Below, piece after piece: positions 27,752 to 37,185 of a DNA stretch of 64,000 nt (position 1 is the first letter of the stretch; the number at the start of each line of letters is the position of its first letter). The position numbers and the translations under genes are program-made. The DNA lies in the NCBI GenBank assembly GCA_021792235.1, contig JAJYVC010000001.1:752-64751 (forward strand), in the 5' to 3' direction. The DNA is from Candidatus Micrarchaeota archaeon. Lineage in GTDB: Archaea > Micrarchaeota > Micrarchaeia > Micrarchaeales > CABMGC01. The notes under the pieces are model-generated. The model saw only the letters and a program-made list of their open reading frames with translations, had not been told where the DNA came from and did no database searches.

Positions 27752-28570
27752 ATGCATCAACGCCTATCAGGTCCTCAGAGTAAGCAGGAAAATCCAAGCA
27801 ATTTCGATAACGCGCAGTTCCTGCTCCAATTCTTCAAGTACACTATACTAAAGGGTCCTCACATACACAAAGAGGTGCGAATAGTGAGGGAGATGGCGCA
27901 GCTGCTCAAGTCTGGTGCTGCTCCTGATCGGGAGACGCCTAGGGGAAGCGGGGAGGGGGTGCTTCTTATACCTGGACTTGCTGCAGGAGATTACACTCTG
28001 TCATTCCTCAGGCACTACCTATCGCTGGCAGGATACAAAACGTATGCCTCAGGTATAGTCAGCAATGTCCTTCCTGCAGACACGATACTGCCAAGCCTAG
28101 AGGAAAAGATAGATCTCATATATGCCGAGACCGGGAAAAAGGTATCGATAGTAGGCCACAGCCTTGGGGGCGCAATGGGAAAGCTGCTTTCCGACAGGAA
28201 GCCAGACAAGGTGCAGCAGGTCATAGGGCTTGGTCCTGTATTCAACCAATACATAGGCATAAGCCCATCACTTTTCTGTATAATGCTGCCAATAGCTGCA
28301 TACGATATTGCAAGATTCGGGCGCGAGATTCTTGAGAAGGAGCTCGGCCTTTTCAAGGGCCTGTCGAAACCTGCTAAGGTGCCGCTTTCGTCCATCTACT
28401 CAAAGAGCGATGGGGTACTCACCTTCAAATCATGCATGCGCGGCGACTCTGAGAACTATGAGGTAAATAGCACTCATGTAGGTATGGCCGTCAACAAGGA
28501 GGTCTTCAAGCTGGTTGCCGAGCTGCTCCACAAGGGATATAAAGCGCCAAAGGCCAGGATACATTACTAG
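27752..28570 (+). CDS. alpha/beta-hydrolase (lipase-like)
   Basis: Nucleophile elbow VGHSLGGAMG. A TTTAAATA box lies ~40 nt upstream of ATG 27752; the alternative start is ATG 27893. Confidence 0.65.
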   Translation: MHQRLSGPQSKQENPSNFDNAQFLLQFFKYTILKGPHIHKEVRIVREMAQLLKSGAAPDRETPRGSGEGVLLIPGLAAGDYTLSFLRHYLSLAGYKTYASGIVSNVLPADTILPSLEEKIDLIYAETGKKVSIVGHSLGGAMGKLLSDRKPDKVQQVIGLGPVFNQYIGISPSLFCIMLPIAAYDIARFGREILEKELGLFKGLSKPAKVPLSSIYSKSDGVLTFKSCMRGDSENYEVNSTHVGMAVNKEVFKLVAELLHKGYKAPKARIHY

Positions 28571-28974
28571 ATTCTGAATCTGCTGCCCTTCCTGATACCT
28601 AGCCTTGATGCCATCCCTGCATTGATCTCTATCACGTACTTGGCATACTCTCTAGGAGCAACAGTTCTGCACGAGAATATCGATCTGCAGGGCTCAGCAT
28701 TCTTCCATACGTGCACCGCCCTTCCAGATTGATCAAGCCATATTATATCTATGCTGAACCTCATGTTCAGCATCCAGAACCCATACCTTCCGGGCTTTCC
28801 AAAGACGAAGAGCATTCCGCCGTATTTTGGCACAGATTCGCGGCCCATCAGGCCTCTAGATATTTTTCTGAAGGAGTCTGCAACATCCACCCTGAATATG
28901 GTCTTGCCATAGCTCACCGTGCGTTTCACGTACTTGGGCTTTCCGAAGAGGATGTCAGACAAGCCCATCGACAA
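28567..28974 (-). CDS. DUF192 (COG1430) family protein
   Basis: RGLMGRES...GMLFVF....FWMLNMRFSIDIIWLD pattern. Confidence 0.7.
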   Translation of the reverse strand: MSMGLSDILFGKPKYVKRTVSYGKTIFRVDVADSFRKISRGLMGRESVPKYGGMLFVFGKPGRYGFWMLNMRFSIDIIWLDQSGRAVHVWKNAEPCRSIFSCRTVAPREYAKYVIEINAGMASRLGIRKGSRFRI

Positions 28975-28981
28975 AACCCGC

Positions 28982-30601
28982 TTACTTTACAATTGTCTGG
29001 CTCTGCTCGCGCATGAACTGCTGGAGGTAGAACCTGCTGCCGCTTCCCTTGCCTGTGAGTGCGCTGTGTTTCCATCCAACAAAGGTCTGAAGACCGACTA
29101 TCGCACCCGTGCTTGCGCTTGTCTCCCTGTTCACGTAGAGCACTCCTGCATTTAGCCTTTCCGTGAACTCCCTTATCTCTCCCTTCTTTTCACTGTACAA
29201 GCCTGCAGTCAGCCCGTATGGCACATCGTTGGCCATCTCGATAGCGTCATCGAACTTCTTGTAAGATGTTATGGATAGGAACGGCAAGAAGAGCTCTTCG
29301 TGGAACAGTATGCTCTTGTGGTCCCCTTCCATTATGGTCGGCTCCACATATGCTCCGTTCATTCCCGTATCAACTGTCCTTCCCCCTAATATGATCCTGC
29401 CGCCCTTAGATACCTCCTGCACCGCATTCCTGTACCTCTCAAGCGCAACCTTGCTTATCAGCGGTCCAATGTAGTTCTCCTTTAGGAGCGGGTTGCCCAC
29501 CCTAAACGTCCTAACCTTATCTACAAGCTTGCTTATGAATTCCTCCTTCACAGACTCCTGCACGTAAACCCTCGACGCAGCGCTACACTTCTGCCCGCAA
29601 AATCCGAATGCTGCACTAGCTATTCCAGACACTGCATAATCGAGATTCGCATACTTCGATACTATGACTGGATTCTTCCCGCCCATCTCGACTATGAAAG
29701 GCTTTAGTAGTCCGGCATCGTAGGATTTCTTTAGCATGCCTATTCCGGTGCTCTTGGATCCTGTGAACACTATGCCTCCGACTTTCGGGTTTATTGCAAG
29801 TTCATCTCCAACCTCCGCTCCTGGACCCGTGACATAATTGAACACACCATGCGGCACTCCCGCATCGTTGAACACCTTGTATATCTCAAGTCCGGTCAGC
29901 ATGGTCATGTTGTCTGTCGATGAGGGCTTGAACACCACCGTATTTCCTGTAATCATTGCCCCTGTGCTCATCCCTACCGATATCGACACGGGAAAGTTGA
30001 ATGGTGCTATTACTCCGAACACACCGTACGGCCTCATGACTATTCTTCCTTTCTCCTCCCTTCCAGGAGCTCCCTGAAACCCTGTCTTTACCTTTGCCGT
30101 GCTTGCAGGCAGCGAAGTCCTTCTGACGTATCCCTTATTCTTCTCCATGTCAAGCGCATAATATCTAAGGAAGTCTATTGCTTCATCCACCTCACCAACC
30201 GACTCGTACCTGCTCTTGCCGTTCTCTATGCTCAACATTGCCGATATCTCGAACTTCCTATGCGAGAAAATGTCTGCCGCCTTCATGAATACCTTCACCC
30301 TCTCCATGTAATCCATACGACTCCATTCGCCGAAGGCTTCATGCGCGGCTTCTATGGCCTGCTTAGCGCTCTCCCGGTCTCCTTTCTGGAAGGTACCTAT
30401 AAGGCTGCCGTCTATGGGTGAGTACTCGTTTATCTCCGCTCCTGCAGACACCTCCCTGCCGTCGATGTACATCTGGTGCTTCTTACCCAGGGCCTCCCTC
30501 TTCACCCTTTTAACAGAGTCATCGAAAAGCCTGTCGAATTCGTCTTCTTTCCCATCCTCTAGGAATGTCTTGTAAGTAAATTCGTTCCTAAACTCAGGCA
30601 C
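28982..30601 (-). CDS. aldehyde dehydrogenase, 1-pyrroline-5-carboxylate dehydrogenase-like
   Basis: 539 aa. VEMGGKNPVIV, SAAFGFCGQKCSAASRVYV and a long N-terminal extension as in RocA/P5CDH-type ALDHs. Confidence 0.7.
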   Translation of the reverse strand: MPEFRNEFTYKTFLEDGKEDEFDRLFDDSVKRVKREALGKKHQMYIDGREVSAGAEINEYSPIDGSLIGTFQKGDRESAKQAIEAAHEAFGEWSRMDYMERVKVFMKAADIFSHRKFEISAMLSIENGKSRYESVGEVDEAIDFLRYYALDMEKNKGYVRRTSLPASTAKVKTGFQGAPGREEKGRIVMRPYGVFGVIAPFNFPVSISVGMSTGAMITGNTVVFKPSSTDNMTMLTGLEIYKVFNDAGVPHGVFNYVTGPGAEVGDELAINPKVGGIVFTGSKSTGIGMLKKSYDAGLLKPFIVEMGGKNPVIVSKYANLDYAVSGIASAAFGFCGQKCSAASRVYVQESVKEEFISKLVDKVRTFRVGNPLLKENYIGPLISKVALERYRNAVQEVSKGGRIILGGRTVDTGMNGAYVEPTIMEGDHKSILFHEELFLPFLSITSYKKFDDAIEMANDVPYGLTAGLYSEKKGEIREFTERLNAGVLYVNRETSASTGAIVGLQTFVGWKHSALTGKGSGSRFYLQQFMREQSQTIVK

Positions 30602-30704
30602 ATTTCCACCTTAGCAGATATATCGAACAAAACATATAAAGATTGGGATTTTCATGCCGGAAGCGCATGACAAGATATTTATTATTTGACGTTGATAAAC
30701 AATC

Positions 30705-31409
30705 ATGGCGACCGGGCAGGCAGAGTTACAGGTAGAGATACACAACGGCTCCGATGTTATAGAGCTTGTCAACAGCGATGCTACATGGAGGGACCTTCTC
30801 CTTGAACTGGTCGAGAGGAACAAACTGGATCCGTGGAACATAGACATAATAGAGATAGTCGACAGGTACATAGACACAGTAAAGAAGCTGAAGGTTCTTG
30901 ACTTAAGGGTCCCGGCAAACATAATACTTGCAGCAGCGATACTCCTGAGGCTCAAGAGCAATTACATAAGCCTGCACGATTATGAGGAGACTGGCGAGGT
31001 TGCAATAGACGATGGCATCCAGCGTCCCGGAGTCATCGTTGACCAGCTTAACTTCAGGCTCAGGATACCTCCTAAGAGAAAGGTGTCTCTTTCAGAGCTG
31101 ATATCTGCACTGGATGAGGCCATGAAGATGAAGGAATCCCACATGTCTCCGGCGCAGAAGGCCGAACCATTCATACCAATCAAGATAGACAACTTCGACA
31201 TAGAGGCTGAGACAGAGAAGCTGCTTGACATAATAAAGGACAATATGGATAGGAGCAGCATGGTCACCTTCTCCTATCTTTCCAGCCTGACATCGATAAA
31301 CGATCCGCTCCTCGAGCTGTTCATACCACTCCTCTTCCTTGCACACAAGGACAAGGTGGCAATAGTGCAGGAGAAGTTCTTCGCAGAGATAATAATAGCG
31401 CTGAAGTAG
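30705..31409 (+). CDS. scpA: segregation and condensation protein A (kleisin)
   Basis: LDPWNIDIIEIVDRYIDTV... and a C-terminal winged-helix region. Immediately followed by scpB. Confidence 0.85.
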   Translation: MATGQAELQVEIHNGSDVIELVNSDATWRDLLLELVERNKLDPWNIDIIEIVDRYIDTVKKLKVLDLRVPANIILAAAILLRLKSNYISLHDYEETGEVAIDDGIQRPGVIVDQLNFRLRIPPKRKVSLSELISALDEAMKMKESHMSPAQKAEPFIPIKIDNFDIEAETEKLLDIIKDNMDRSSMVTFSYLSSLTSINDPLLELFIPLLFLAHKDKVAIVQEKFFAEIIIALK

Positions 31410-31877
31410 ATGTTGATGGAGGACGAATCCGATTACAAGAAGCTCATAGAGGCTGCGCTCTTCATGGCCCCGAGCGCAATGAGCATAGGTGAAATATCAA
31501 CCGCAACTGGCATAGCATCGCCCGGCACCATAGAGAGGATGCTCAATGAGCTAATGGCCGAATACGATGCAAGGGACACGTCGCTGAAGATAATTGCCAT
31601 AAGCGGGAAGTACATGCTCAGCCTCAAGGATCCATACATATCGAGGGTGAGCTCGCTTGCAAAAGGTCCTGACATAAGCCGCGGAGCCCTCCGGATACTG
31701 GCATATATAAGCAAGAACGAAGGCGTGATGCAGAGCGACCTAGTCAAGTACTTCGGTTCATCGACATACGACTACATGAATGAGCTTACGGAGAAGGAGT
31801 TCGTGCAGTCGCACAAGTACAAGAGGACCAAGAAGGTGGAGACCACGCCGAAGTTCAACGAGTATTTCAGCGTATGA
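31410..31877 (+). CDS. scpB: segregation and condensation protein B
   Basis: LIEAALFMAPSAMSIGEIS... followed by a second winged helix ALRILAYISKNEGVMQSDL. Confidence 0.85.
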   Translation: MLMEDESDYKKLIEAALFMAPSAMSIGEISTATGIASPGTIERMLNELMAEYDARDTSLKIIAISGKYMLSLKDPYISRVSSLAKGPDISRGALRILAYISKNEGVMQSDLVKYFGSSTYDYMNELTEKEFVQSHKYKRTKKVETTPKFNEYFSV

Positions 31878-32416
31878 CCATGGAGCTCATATTCATATAT
31901 GGTCCTCCTGGAGTCGGAAAGCTTACGGTGGCAAACGTGCTCTCATCAATTACTGGATATCAGGTATTTCACAACCACATAGCCATAGATCTTGTCAAGC
32001 CAGTATATGGATACGGAAACAAGAAATCAGAGGACTTGATAATGGCAGTGAATCTCTCTGCGATAGCCGTCGCAGTAGCAAAGGATTCCAGTATAATATT
32101 CACTTATGCTCGGCCCAACGACTCCAGATTCATAAAAAACGCAGTAGACCTTGTGGAATCCGGAGGCGGTAGAGCCAGGTTCGTTCAGCTAAAGTGCGAT
32201 CCAGCTTACCTGCATATGAGGATAGCATCAAGAAAAGGCACAAGATATAGCAAAATAACTGACATTGATGGGCTGCGAAGATTCAGCAGGATTCATGGCC
32301 CGTTCAGGAGGATAGCTTCAATGCCCGGCATAAGCGTTGACACTTCTAAGCTCTCCGCAGCACAGACTGCTGCAAGGATAGCTAAGGCACTAAGACTCAA
32401 GGCAAAGAGCCGCTGA
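31874..32416 (+). CDS. P-loop kinase-like protein with deviant Walker A
   Basis: ELIFIYGPPGVGKLTVANVL (GxxxxGK followed by L rather than S/T). 4-nt overlap with the scpB stop. Confidence 0.55.
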   Translation: MTMELIFIYGPPGVGKLTVANVLSSITGYQVFHNHIAIDLVKPVYGYGNKKSEDLIMAVNLSAIAVAVAKDSSIIFTYARPNDSRFIKNAVDLVESGGGRARFVQLKCDPAYLHMRIASRKGTRYSKITDIDGLRRFSRIHGPFRRIASMPGISVDTSKLSAAQTAARIAKALRLKAKSR

Positions 32417-32418
32417 GA

Positions 32419-33081
32419 TCATCCTATCCTTCCTATCTCAACATACGTAGCAGGTACTCTTCCTCCAGTCAGGCAGCCATTGCCAACATAGAGTATGCCT
32501 GAGTTTGTGTAGCATACCCACACTGTGCCATTTACGCTCAGGCCGTATCCCGTGCCAGACATCCCATTGTCAATCTTTACTGTGGCATTACCTCCATCAG
32601 TCATATTAGTACCTACATTGCTGGTCGACTGCGAATCAGCAACGTTGAACCTTATTCCCTGCGGCGTTCCCTGGGACATCATGGTGCCGTTGGGGACGAA
32701 AGCAGCACCGAACCCGCTCCAGTAGGTGCCAGTATTCTGCCCTACAGTGGCCCACATATATGTCGTTCCATTGATCGGAGAGTAGGCGTATGTGACGTTG
32801 CCGCACATGAACGTGCTATTTATAGGAGTGCATGAAGTCTGCACGCATTCATATCCTGGCAGGGAGCTGCATGAAGGCGGCTTTACCGAGGTTGTGGTGT
32901 TATATGAAACATTGGCCTCCGTCGATGTAACCAGGGTGCTGGCGTTCCCCAGCCGCACGTAAGGTATCGAAGACGAGACAGAAACTGCGTTGGAAGAGAT
33001 ATTCAACCCCTGCAACACAAGTATTATTGCAATGAATATCGCGATGATTATCAAGACATGCACATATGTGTATTTGGCCAT
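32419..33081 (-). CDS. membrane-anchored extracellular protein rich in N-glycosylation sequons
   Basis: N-terminal anchor VHVLIIIAIFIAIILVL, then a Ser/Thr/Asn/Gly-rich body with many N-x-S/T sites (NIS, NAS, NVS, NTT, NST, NVT, NGT...). Confidence 0.5.
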   Translation of the reverse strand: MAKYTYVHVLIIIAIFIAIILVLQGLNISSNAVSVSSSIPYVRLGNASTLVTSTEANVSYNTTTSVKPPSCSSLPGYECVQTSCTPINSTFMCGNVTYAYSPINGTTYMWATVGQNTGTYWSGFGAAFVPNGTMMSQGTPQGIRFNVADSQSTSNVGTNMTDGGNATVKIDNGMSGTGYGLSVNGTVWVCYTNSGILYVGNGCLTGGRVPATYVEIGRIG

Positions 33082-33124
33082 TTACAGCACCAGCAATTCA
33101 TCGTACGCAAAGCATTTATCCATT

Positions 33125-33667
33125 TCAATAGGTTGGATGCAGCTCTTCTACTCTGTCCTTGAAGTTGATATACAAAGCAGCGACAAAGAGATACGAAGAG
33201 AGCCTGTTCAGGTATGCGATGACCATATTGCCAATCCTGTAGTTTCCTGCAGCGGCGACGATCATTCTCTCGGTGCGTCTGGCAATCGATCTGGCCATAT
33301 GCAGGTGGGCTGCAGCCCTGCTGCCTCCAGGCAGCACGAACTTGTCAAGCCCAGGCATAAGATCTCCTAGCTCCTTTATAGACGCTTCAAGGCGCGCTGA
33401 TGCATCAGGCTTCAATTTGGACTCAACTTCCTTCTTCCCATCAGCAGATGCAAGCTCAGCTCCGATTACGAAAAGGTCGTTCTGGATCGATTTTAGCTGG
33501 TCTGCGATAAGTTTATCATCAACGTATGACAATGCCACTCCTACTGCGCTGTTGAGCTCATCAAGACTGCCTATCGCTTCCATAAGCTTATCTGATTTCT
33601 TCAGCCTTGTCCCGGCAAGCGTGCCAGTAGTGCCGTCATCCCCTCTTCCAGTATAGTACTTTGGCAA
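33125..33667 (-). CDS. ATP:cob(I)alamin adenosyltransferase, PduO type
   Basis: N-terminal YTGRGDDGTTG and SLDELNS motifs. About 180 aa. Confidence 0.85.
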   Translation of the reverse strand: MPKYYTGRGDDGTTGTLAGTRLKKSDKLMEAIGSLDELNSAVGVALSYVDDKLIADQLKSIQNDLFVIGAELASADGKKEVESKLKPDASARLEASIKELGDLMPGLDKFVLPGGSRAAAHLHMARSIARRTERMIVAAAGNYRIGNMVIAYLNRLSSYLFVAALYINFKDRVEELHPTY

Positions 33668-33729
33668 GCCTTCACCAATATATTAAAGTATTTATTATCC
33701 ATCTAGTACTAAACTATTTTAATCCATAA

Positions 33730-33800
33730 GGGCTCGTAGTCCAGCGGTAAGACGCTACCCTCACACGGTAGAGATCGGAGTTCGACTCTCCGCGGGCCCA
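33730..33800 (+). tRNA. tRNA-Val (anticodon CAC)
   Basis: Acceptor GGGCTCG/CGGGCCC plus A73. D arm GTCC-AGCGGTA-AGAC. Anticodon arm CTACC-CTCACAC-GGTAG (CAC at 33762-33764). T arm CGGAG-TTCGACT-CTCCG. No encoded CCA. Confidence 0.85.
33779..33800. repeat. attL-like core: 22-nt 3' end of tRNA-Val
   Basis: agttcgactctccgcgggccca is identical to 39675-39696. Confidence 0.7.
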
Positions 33801-33878
33801 ATCTATCAACGTGAATAGTATCAATTTTAATAATCTTGAATCCTGCACCTTCAAATAAAGTTGTTTGTACATTTTAAT

Positions 33879-34120
33879 TTAAAACTTCTTATCATCGCTA
33901 AATAGATTTACAAGTTTAAGTAGCTGCTCATTTTCTGCACGTTCTTCGCCAGCGTTGAGCCTTCTCTTTATATGGTCCCTAAGCTGATCTATCTCATTTG
34001 TGTTAATTTCATTGTTCTCATCTACAACTTATCTATCCCTCTGATAAAAGAAACTATTTGATCTTGAAGTGCAGCTATAAGTTCATTTAGAGATAGCTTC
34101 TTAAGTTGTTCAAATACCAT
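33879..34120 (-). pseudogene. small helical ORF broken by stop/frameshift
   Basis: MVFEQLKKLSLNELIAALQDQIVSFIRGIDKL* (stop 34022-34024). It continues in another frame as VDENNEINTNEIDQLRDHIKRRLNAGEERAENEQLLKLVNLFSDDKKF* with no start codon of its own. Confidence 0.25.
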
Positions 34121-34538
34121 AACTTCACAGATTTGGTATAGATGTATTTAAATAAACATTCTTAAAAATCTCCATAAATACCATAAAGACAGGAGCTTGT
34201 ATTTATATCCGCAAAGCTTCAACAGTGTTTCATAGACATGGAAAACTGTTCTATTATCATGCAACATGCACGTCTGATCCAGATATTTAGCGAAATCATG
34301 ATGAATTATTAGCATCTGCTAAATTACAAACAGTGCCTCCTCCGCTTGCGTCTGCGAATGTTATAGTACAAGCCCCATTAATATTACTGTTTTATCCTTA
34401 CTGTATAATATCAGATATGTCGAACTGCGGACTCATACCTTAGACAAACAAAAGGCAAAAAGTTCTTTTCTAGCTTTATATAGTTACAAAATTGACATCA
34501 AATGTGTTGATTTTAGAGTCAAGTAGTAAACTATATAT

Positions 34539-35024
34539 ATGAAAAAATCCACAATATGTATGATGAGTATTATGGTAACTAAAACGATAATAGTAGACAA
34601 AAAGAATGGAACTATGAAGGGAGTAGAGGATTTAACAATTCGCCCTCCTACAAGTGGTGGCTATAAGGGATATTTGGGTTCAGGTCCCGCGAAATGGGAA
34701 GTGGAAGCAGATGGTGCACTTGTTAAGGCGCACAGAAGTGGTGCCGGCAGAGGCAGATCACTGGATACAACCTGGAGGGCGCAGGAGATGACTGAAGACT
34801 TCGTTGTAGTAGATACAAAAGGAAAAGAGCTTGTTTCAGGAAAAGCAGGCGATTACCTCGTAATTTCGGAGACGGGAAAGTATGACTACGGCATGAACGG
34901 AGGCACACCAAGACCTGGATGGTATAATTCTGGACTGAAGTTTGAAGTAGTTAAAAAGGGAGATGAAGAATTCACTAAGTTCGTTGCTTTAAAAGCTGCA
35001 GCTAAGGGATCTCTAAGATCCTGA
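34539..35024 (+). CDS. hypothetical protein (island cargo)
   Basis: 161-aa ORF. A TATATAT box abuts ATG 34539, so ATG 34560 (MMSIMVTK) may be the real start. No recognised motif. Confidence 0.45.
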   Translation: MKKSTICMMSIMVTKTIIVDKKNGTMKGVEDLTIRPPTSGGYKGYLGSGPAKWEVEADGALVKAHRSGAGRGRSLDTTWRAQEMTEDFVVVDTKGKELVSGKAGDYLVISETGKYDYGMNGGTPRPGWYNSGLKFEVVKKGDEEFTKFVALKAAAKGSLRS

Positions 35025-35163
35025 ATATAGCTTAGTTAAATAAGAACCAACTTTGACTTAGTATTGAATTTATGGGTAACTTCTGGCATAACTGCTACTA
35101 TTAAAGGCGTTTTTGTATAAATAGCCAGATTGTGTCTATACACTTATAGACACATTACTGCAC

Positions 35164-35665
35164 ATGTCAGATAGGTTGAACCGCAGGCCCATTTTGGAAT
35201 TTACAACTACAAGAGCGGTGTTCGATTACTTTGGCAGAAAAGGGCGTAAGGCGAAGAACCTTGCAAGAATTGTATCTTACTATACGGGGCTTTGGACGTA
35301 GAATTCCAAGCCAGACATAATTGCGATCAAGAAGATACGACGCTTAAGCATACGCGTATTCGAAGGTGGAAAAGAAATGGTGTTTGTTCATCATATACCT
35401 GCCAGATATTTTTTGGGTTTTGATATAATCAGCTACGGCGAATTAAAAATACCAGTATCAGATCCAGAAAAGACGCTGATTGACCTGTTTTATTACAAGG
35501 TAAGGTTTCCGATACAGTATTATGACAGCTTCTCAGAGCTGTTAAAAGGGAAAAATCACCAAGTATCTCAGGGCCTATGACGGCCATACCAAAAAGGCCG
35601 TGCCCAATTTCATAAATAGATACAAAAGGAGCGCAAATTCGGTAAAGTTGCAAAGCCCGTATTGA
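35164..35665 (+). pseudogene. disrupted AbiEi-like / COG5340-like transcriptional regulator gene
   Basis: Three consecutive frame pieces: MSDRLNRRPILEFTT...LARIVSYYTGLWT*, ...GFDIISYGELKIPVSDPEKTLIDLFYYK..., ...ITKYLRAYDGHTKKAVPNFINRYK...*. The central piece resembles the conserved C-terminal block (pEktLlDLly) of that family. No AbiEii partner follows. Confidence 0.4.
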
Positions 35666-35787
35666 CGGACAACATTAACAACGCGCAGGCTGCAACAGCG
35701 GCGAAGGGCAAGTGCCATGGTGCTGTAACTCCGCTTGCAAGGAACTGTTGCGGAAAGGTTTTAATTCAACATGATTAAATATAACTT

Positions 35788-36357
35788 ATGGGATCAGGGC
35801 ATCACATCTGGGATAAAGCCGCAGCTATTAGGTTGCTTAATGATGATAGGGAAAGATCTGAAAATGCTGAATTCCTCAAAGACGTCTTAAGGCCAACAAA
35901 GCAGGTCATAGTGGACCTTGGCTGCGGTTCCGGGTACTACGCGACAAAGCTGAAACCTTTCGCATCAATGCTTTATTGCATAGACAGCAGCGAAGAAATG
36001 CTGTCTGTGGCACGCGAAAGGGTCCATGGCAAAAACATAACGTTTCTCAAAGAGGATTCATCCGGGATCTCCCTCTCTAACTACTCAGTAGACATAGTTT
36101 TCATGGCAAACTCGTTCCACGACATGGAAGACAAATTCGGCGCAAGCGCGGAGATCGCCAGGATTCTGAAGCCTAACGGCATTATAATAGTCATTGACTG
36201 GAAGAAGGGCTCTAAGCAAAACGCCAAAGAGCATCGCGGGCCTCCTGACAGCATACGAATGTCAGAGGCAGAGTATCTTAGGTGGTTTTCCAAGTTCAAA
36301 ATTAAAGCCAGGTTTGAAGCAGGAACAGACCATTTCGGTCTTGTACTAAAGAAATAA
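35788..36357 (+). CDS. class I SAM-dependent methyltransferase
   Basis: VDLGCGSGYY (motif I), DIVFMANSFHDM, LKPNGIIIVIDW. Confidence 0.75.
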   Translation: MGSGHHIWDKAAAIRLLNDDRERSENAEFLKDVLRPTKQVIVDLGCGSGYYATKLKPFASMLYCIDSSEEMLSVARERVHGKNITFLKEDSSGISLSNYSVDIVFMANSFHDMEDKFGASAEIARILKPNGIIIVIDWKKGSKQNAKEHRGPPDSIRMSEAEYLRWFSKFKIKARFEAGTDHFGLVLKK

Positions 36358-36373
36358 ATTGGTTCGGCACCAC

Positions 36374-36408
36374 GCCAAAAGAAGCTTCACCAAGAAAAAT
36401 GGGGCTTG
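36374..36408. repeat. intergenic direct repeat, copy 1
   Basis: gccaaaagaagcttcaccaagaaaaatggggcttg. 30 identical positions with copy 2. Confidence 0.4.
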
Positions 36409-36525
36409 AGGCTTGGTCGCTATGAAGACAAGATAGCACATCAGACCACCATGCACATAGACCTTAGACTGTGCACGCACTTTAGGACAGGCATCTGCAC
36501 ACAGGGTCCAGGCGTCGCATGCATC

Positions 36526-36559
36526 GCCAAACGAAGCCTCACCGAGAAAAATGGGTTTG
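36526..36559. repeat. intergenic direct repeat, copy 2
   Basis: gccaaacgaagcctcaccgagaaaaatgggtttg. Confidence 0.4.
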
Positions 36560-36631
36560 TGTAGACAGCATTGAATAGCGAGCATACCAACTGCCCAATC
36601 CTACCCATCTAGGTGTAGCGCATACGTAACG

Positions 36632-36652
36632 CATATAAATATGATTGATCAT
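36632..36652 (+). promoter_or_regulatory. TATA-like box plus ATGAT-N2-ATCAT inverted repeat in front of the mer block
   Basis: catataaat (36632-36640) is directly followed by atgattgatcat (36641-36652). This would place a transcript start near ATG 36662. Confidence 0.25.
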
Positions 36653-37177
36653 TCATATATCATGCAGAAATATCTCGGGGCAACTGGCGCAGTACGCCTT
36701 GTGCTAAGTGATAAGCGTTATATGGTCGCATTCGTTTTCGTAGCAATTGGATTCTCATTGGCGTATTCTCTTCTTCTCTTTAATTCTTCTGTCAACCTCG
36801 CATTACCTAAAATAGTTTTCGGATTAAACGCCTATGCTCTTGTATTATCAACATTCATAGGGGCGCTGCTTGCGCTCTCAATTACGATGAATGCATTCGC
36901 CTTTATGAACGGCACAGCTTCTAGCAGGAAACTTGGCGCAGGAGCAGTAATAGCAGCCATTATACCAGGCAGCCTGTGCTGCACTTCAGTGATACCAGCA
37001 ATCCTGGCTGCATTAGGGGCATCGACTTCTACAATAATAGGGACAACAGGTGCACTGCAAGGACCATTCGCCACCTACGAACCAGAGTTCATAGCAGCCT
37101 CAATAGGTATGCTCTTACTAAGCATTTTCCTGGTGTCAAAGAGCATACAAAAGTGCTGCGCGGTGAGAAAACGATAA
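36641..37177 (+). CDS. 4-TM membrane protein with two vicinal Cys pairs (candidate Hg(II) transporter)
   Basis: Four predicted TM helices. Intramembrane IPGSLCCTSVIPAIL and C-terminal tail KSIQKCCAVRKR. First gene of the merA block. The start may be ATG 36662 (MQKYLG). Confidence 0.6.
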   Translation: MIDHSYIMQKYLGATGAVRLVLSDKRYMVAFVFVAIGFSLAYSLLLFNSSVNLALPKIVFGLNAYALVLSTFIGALLALSITMNAFAFMNGTASSRKLGAGAVIAAIIPGSLCCTSVIPAILAALGASTSTIIGTTGALQGPFATYEPEFIAASIGMLLLSIFLVSKSIQKCCAVRKR

Positions 37178-37185
37178 ATAAAAAA

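Noticed and set aside
36346-36585. 79-aa minus-strand ORF between the methyltransferase and the mer block
   Set aside because: Antisense to the in-frame post-stop extension and the repeats. Cys-rich composition is explained by the complementary strand. No start context.
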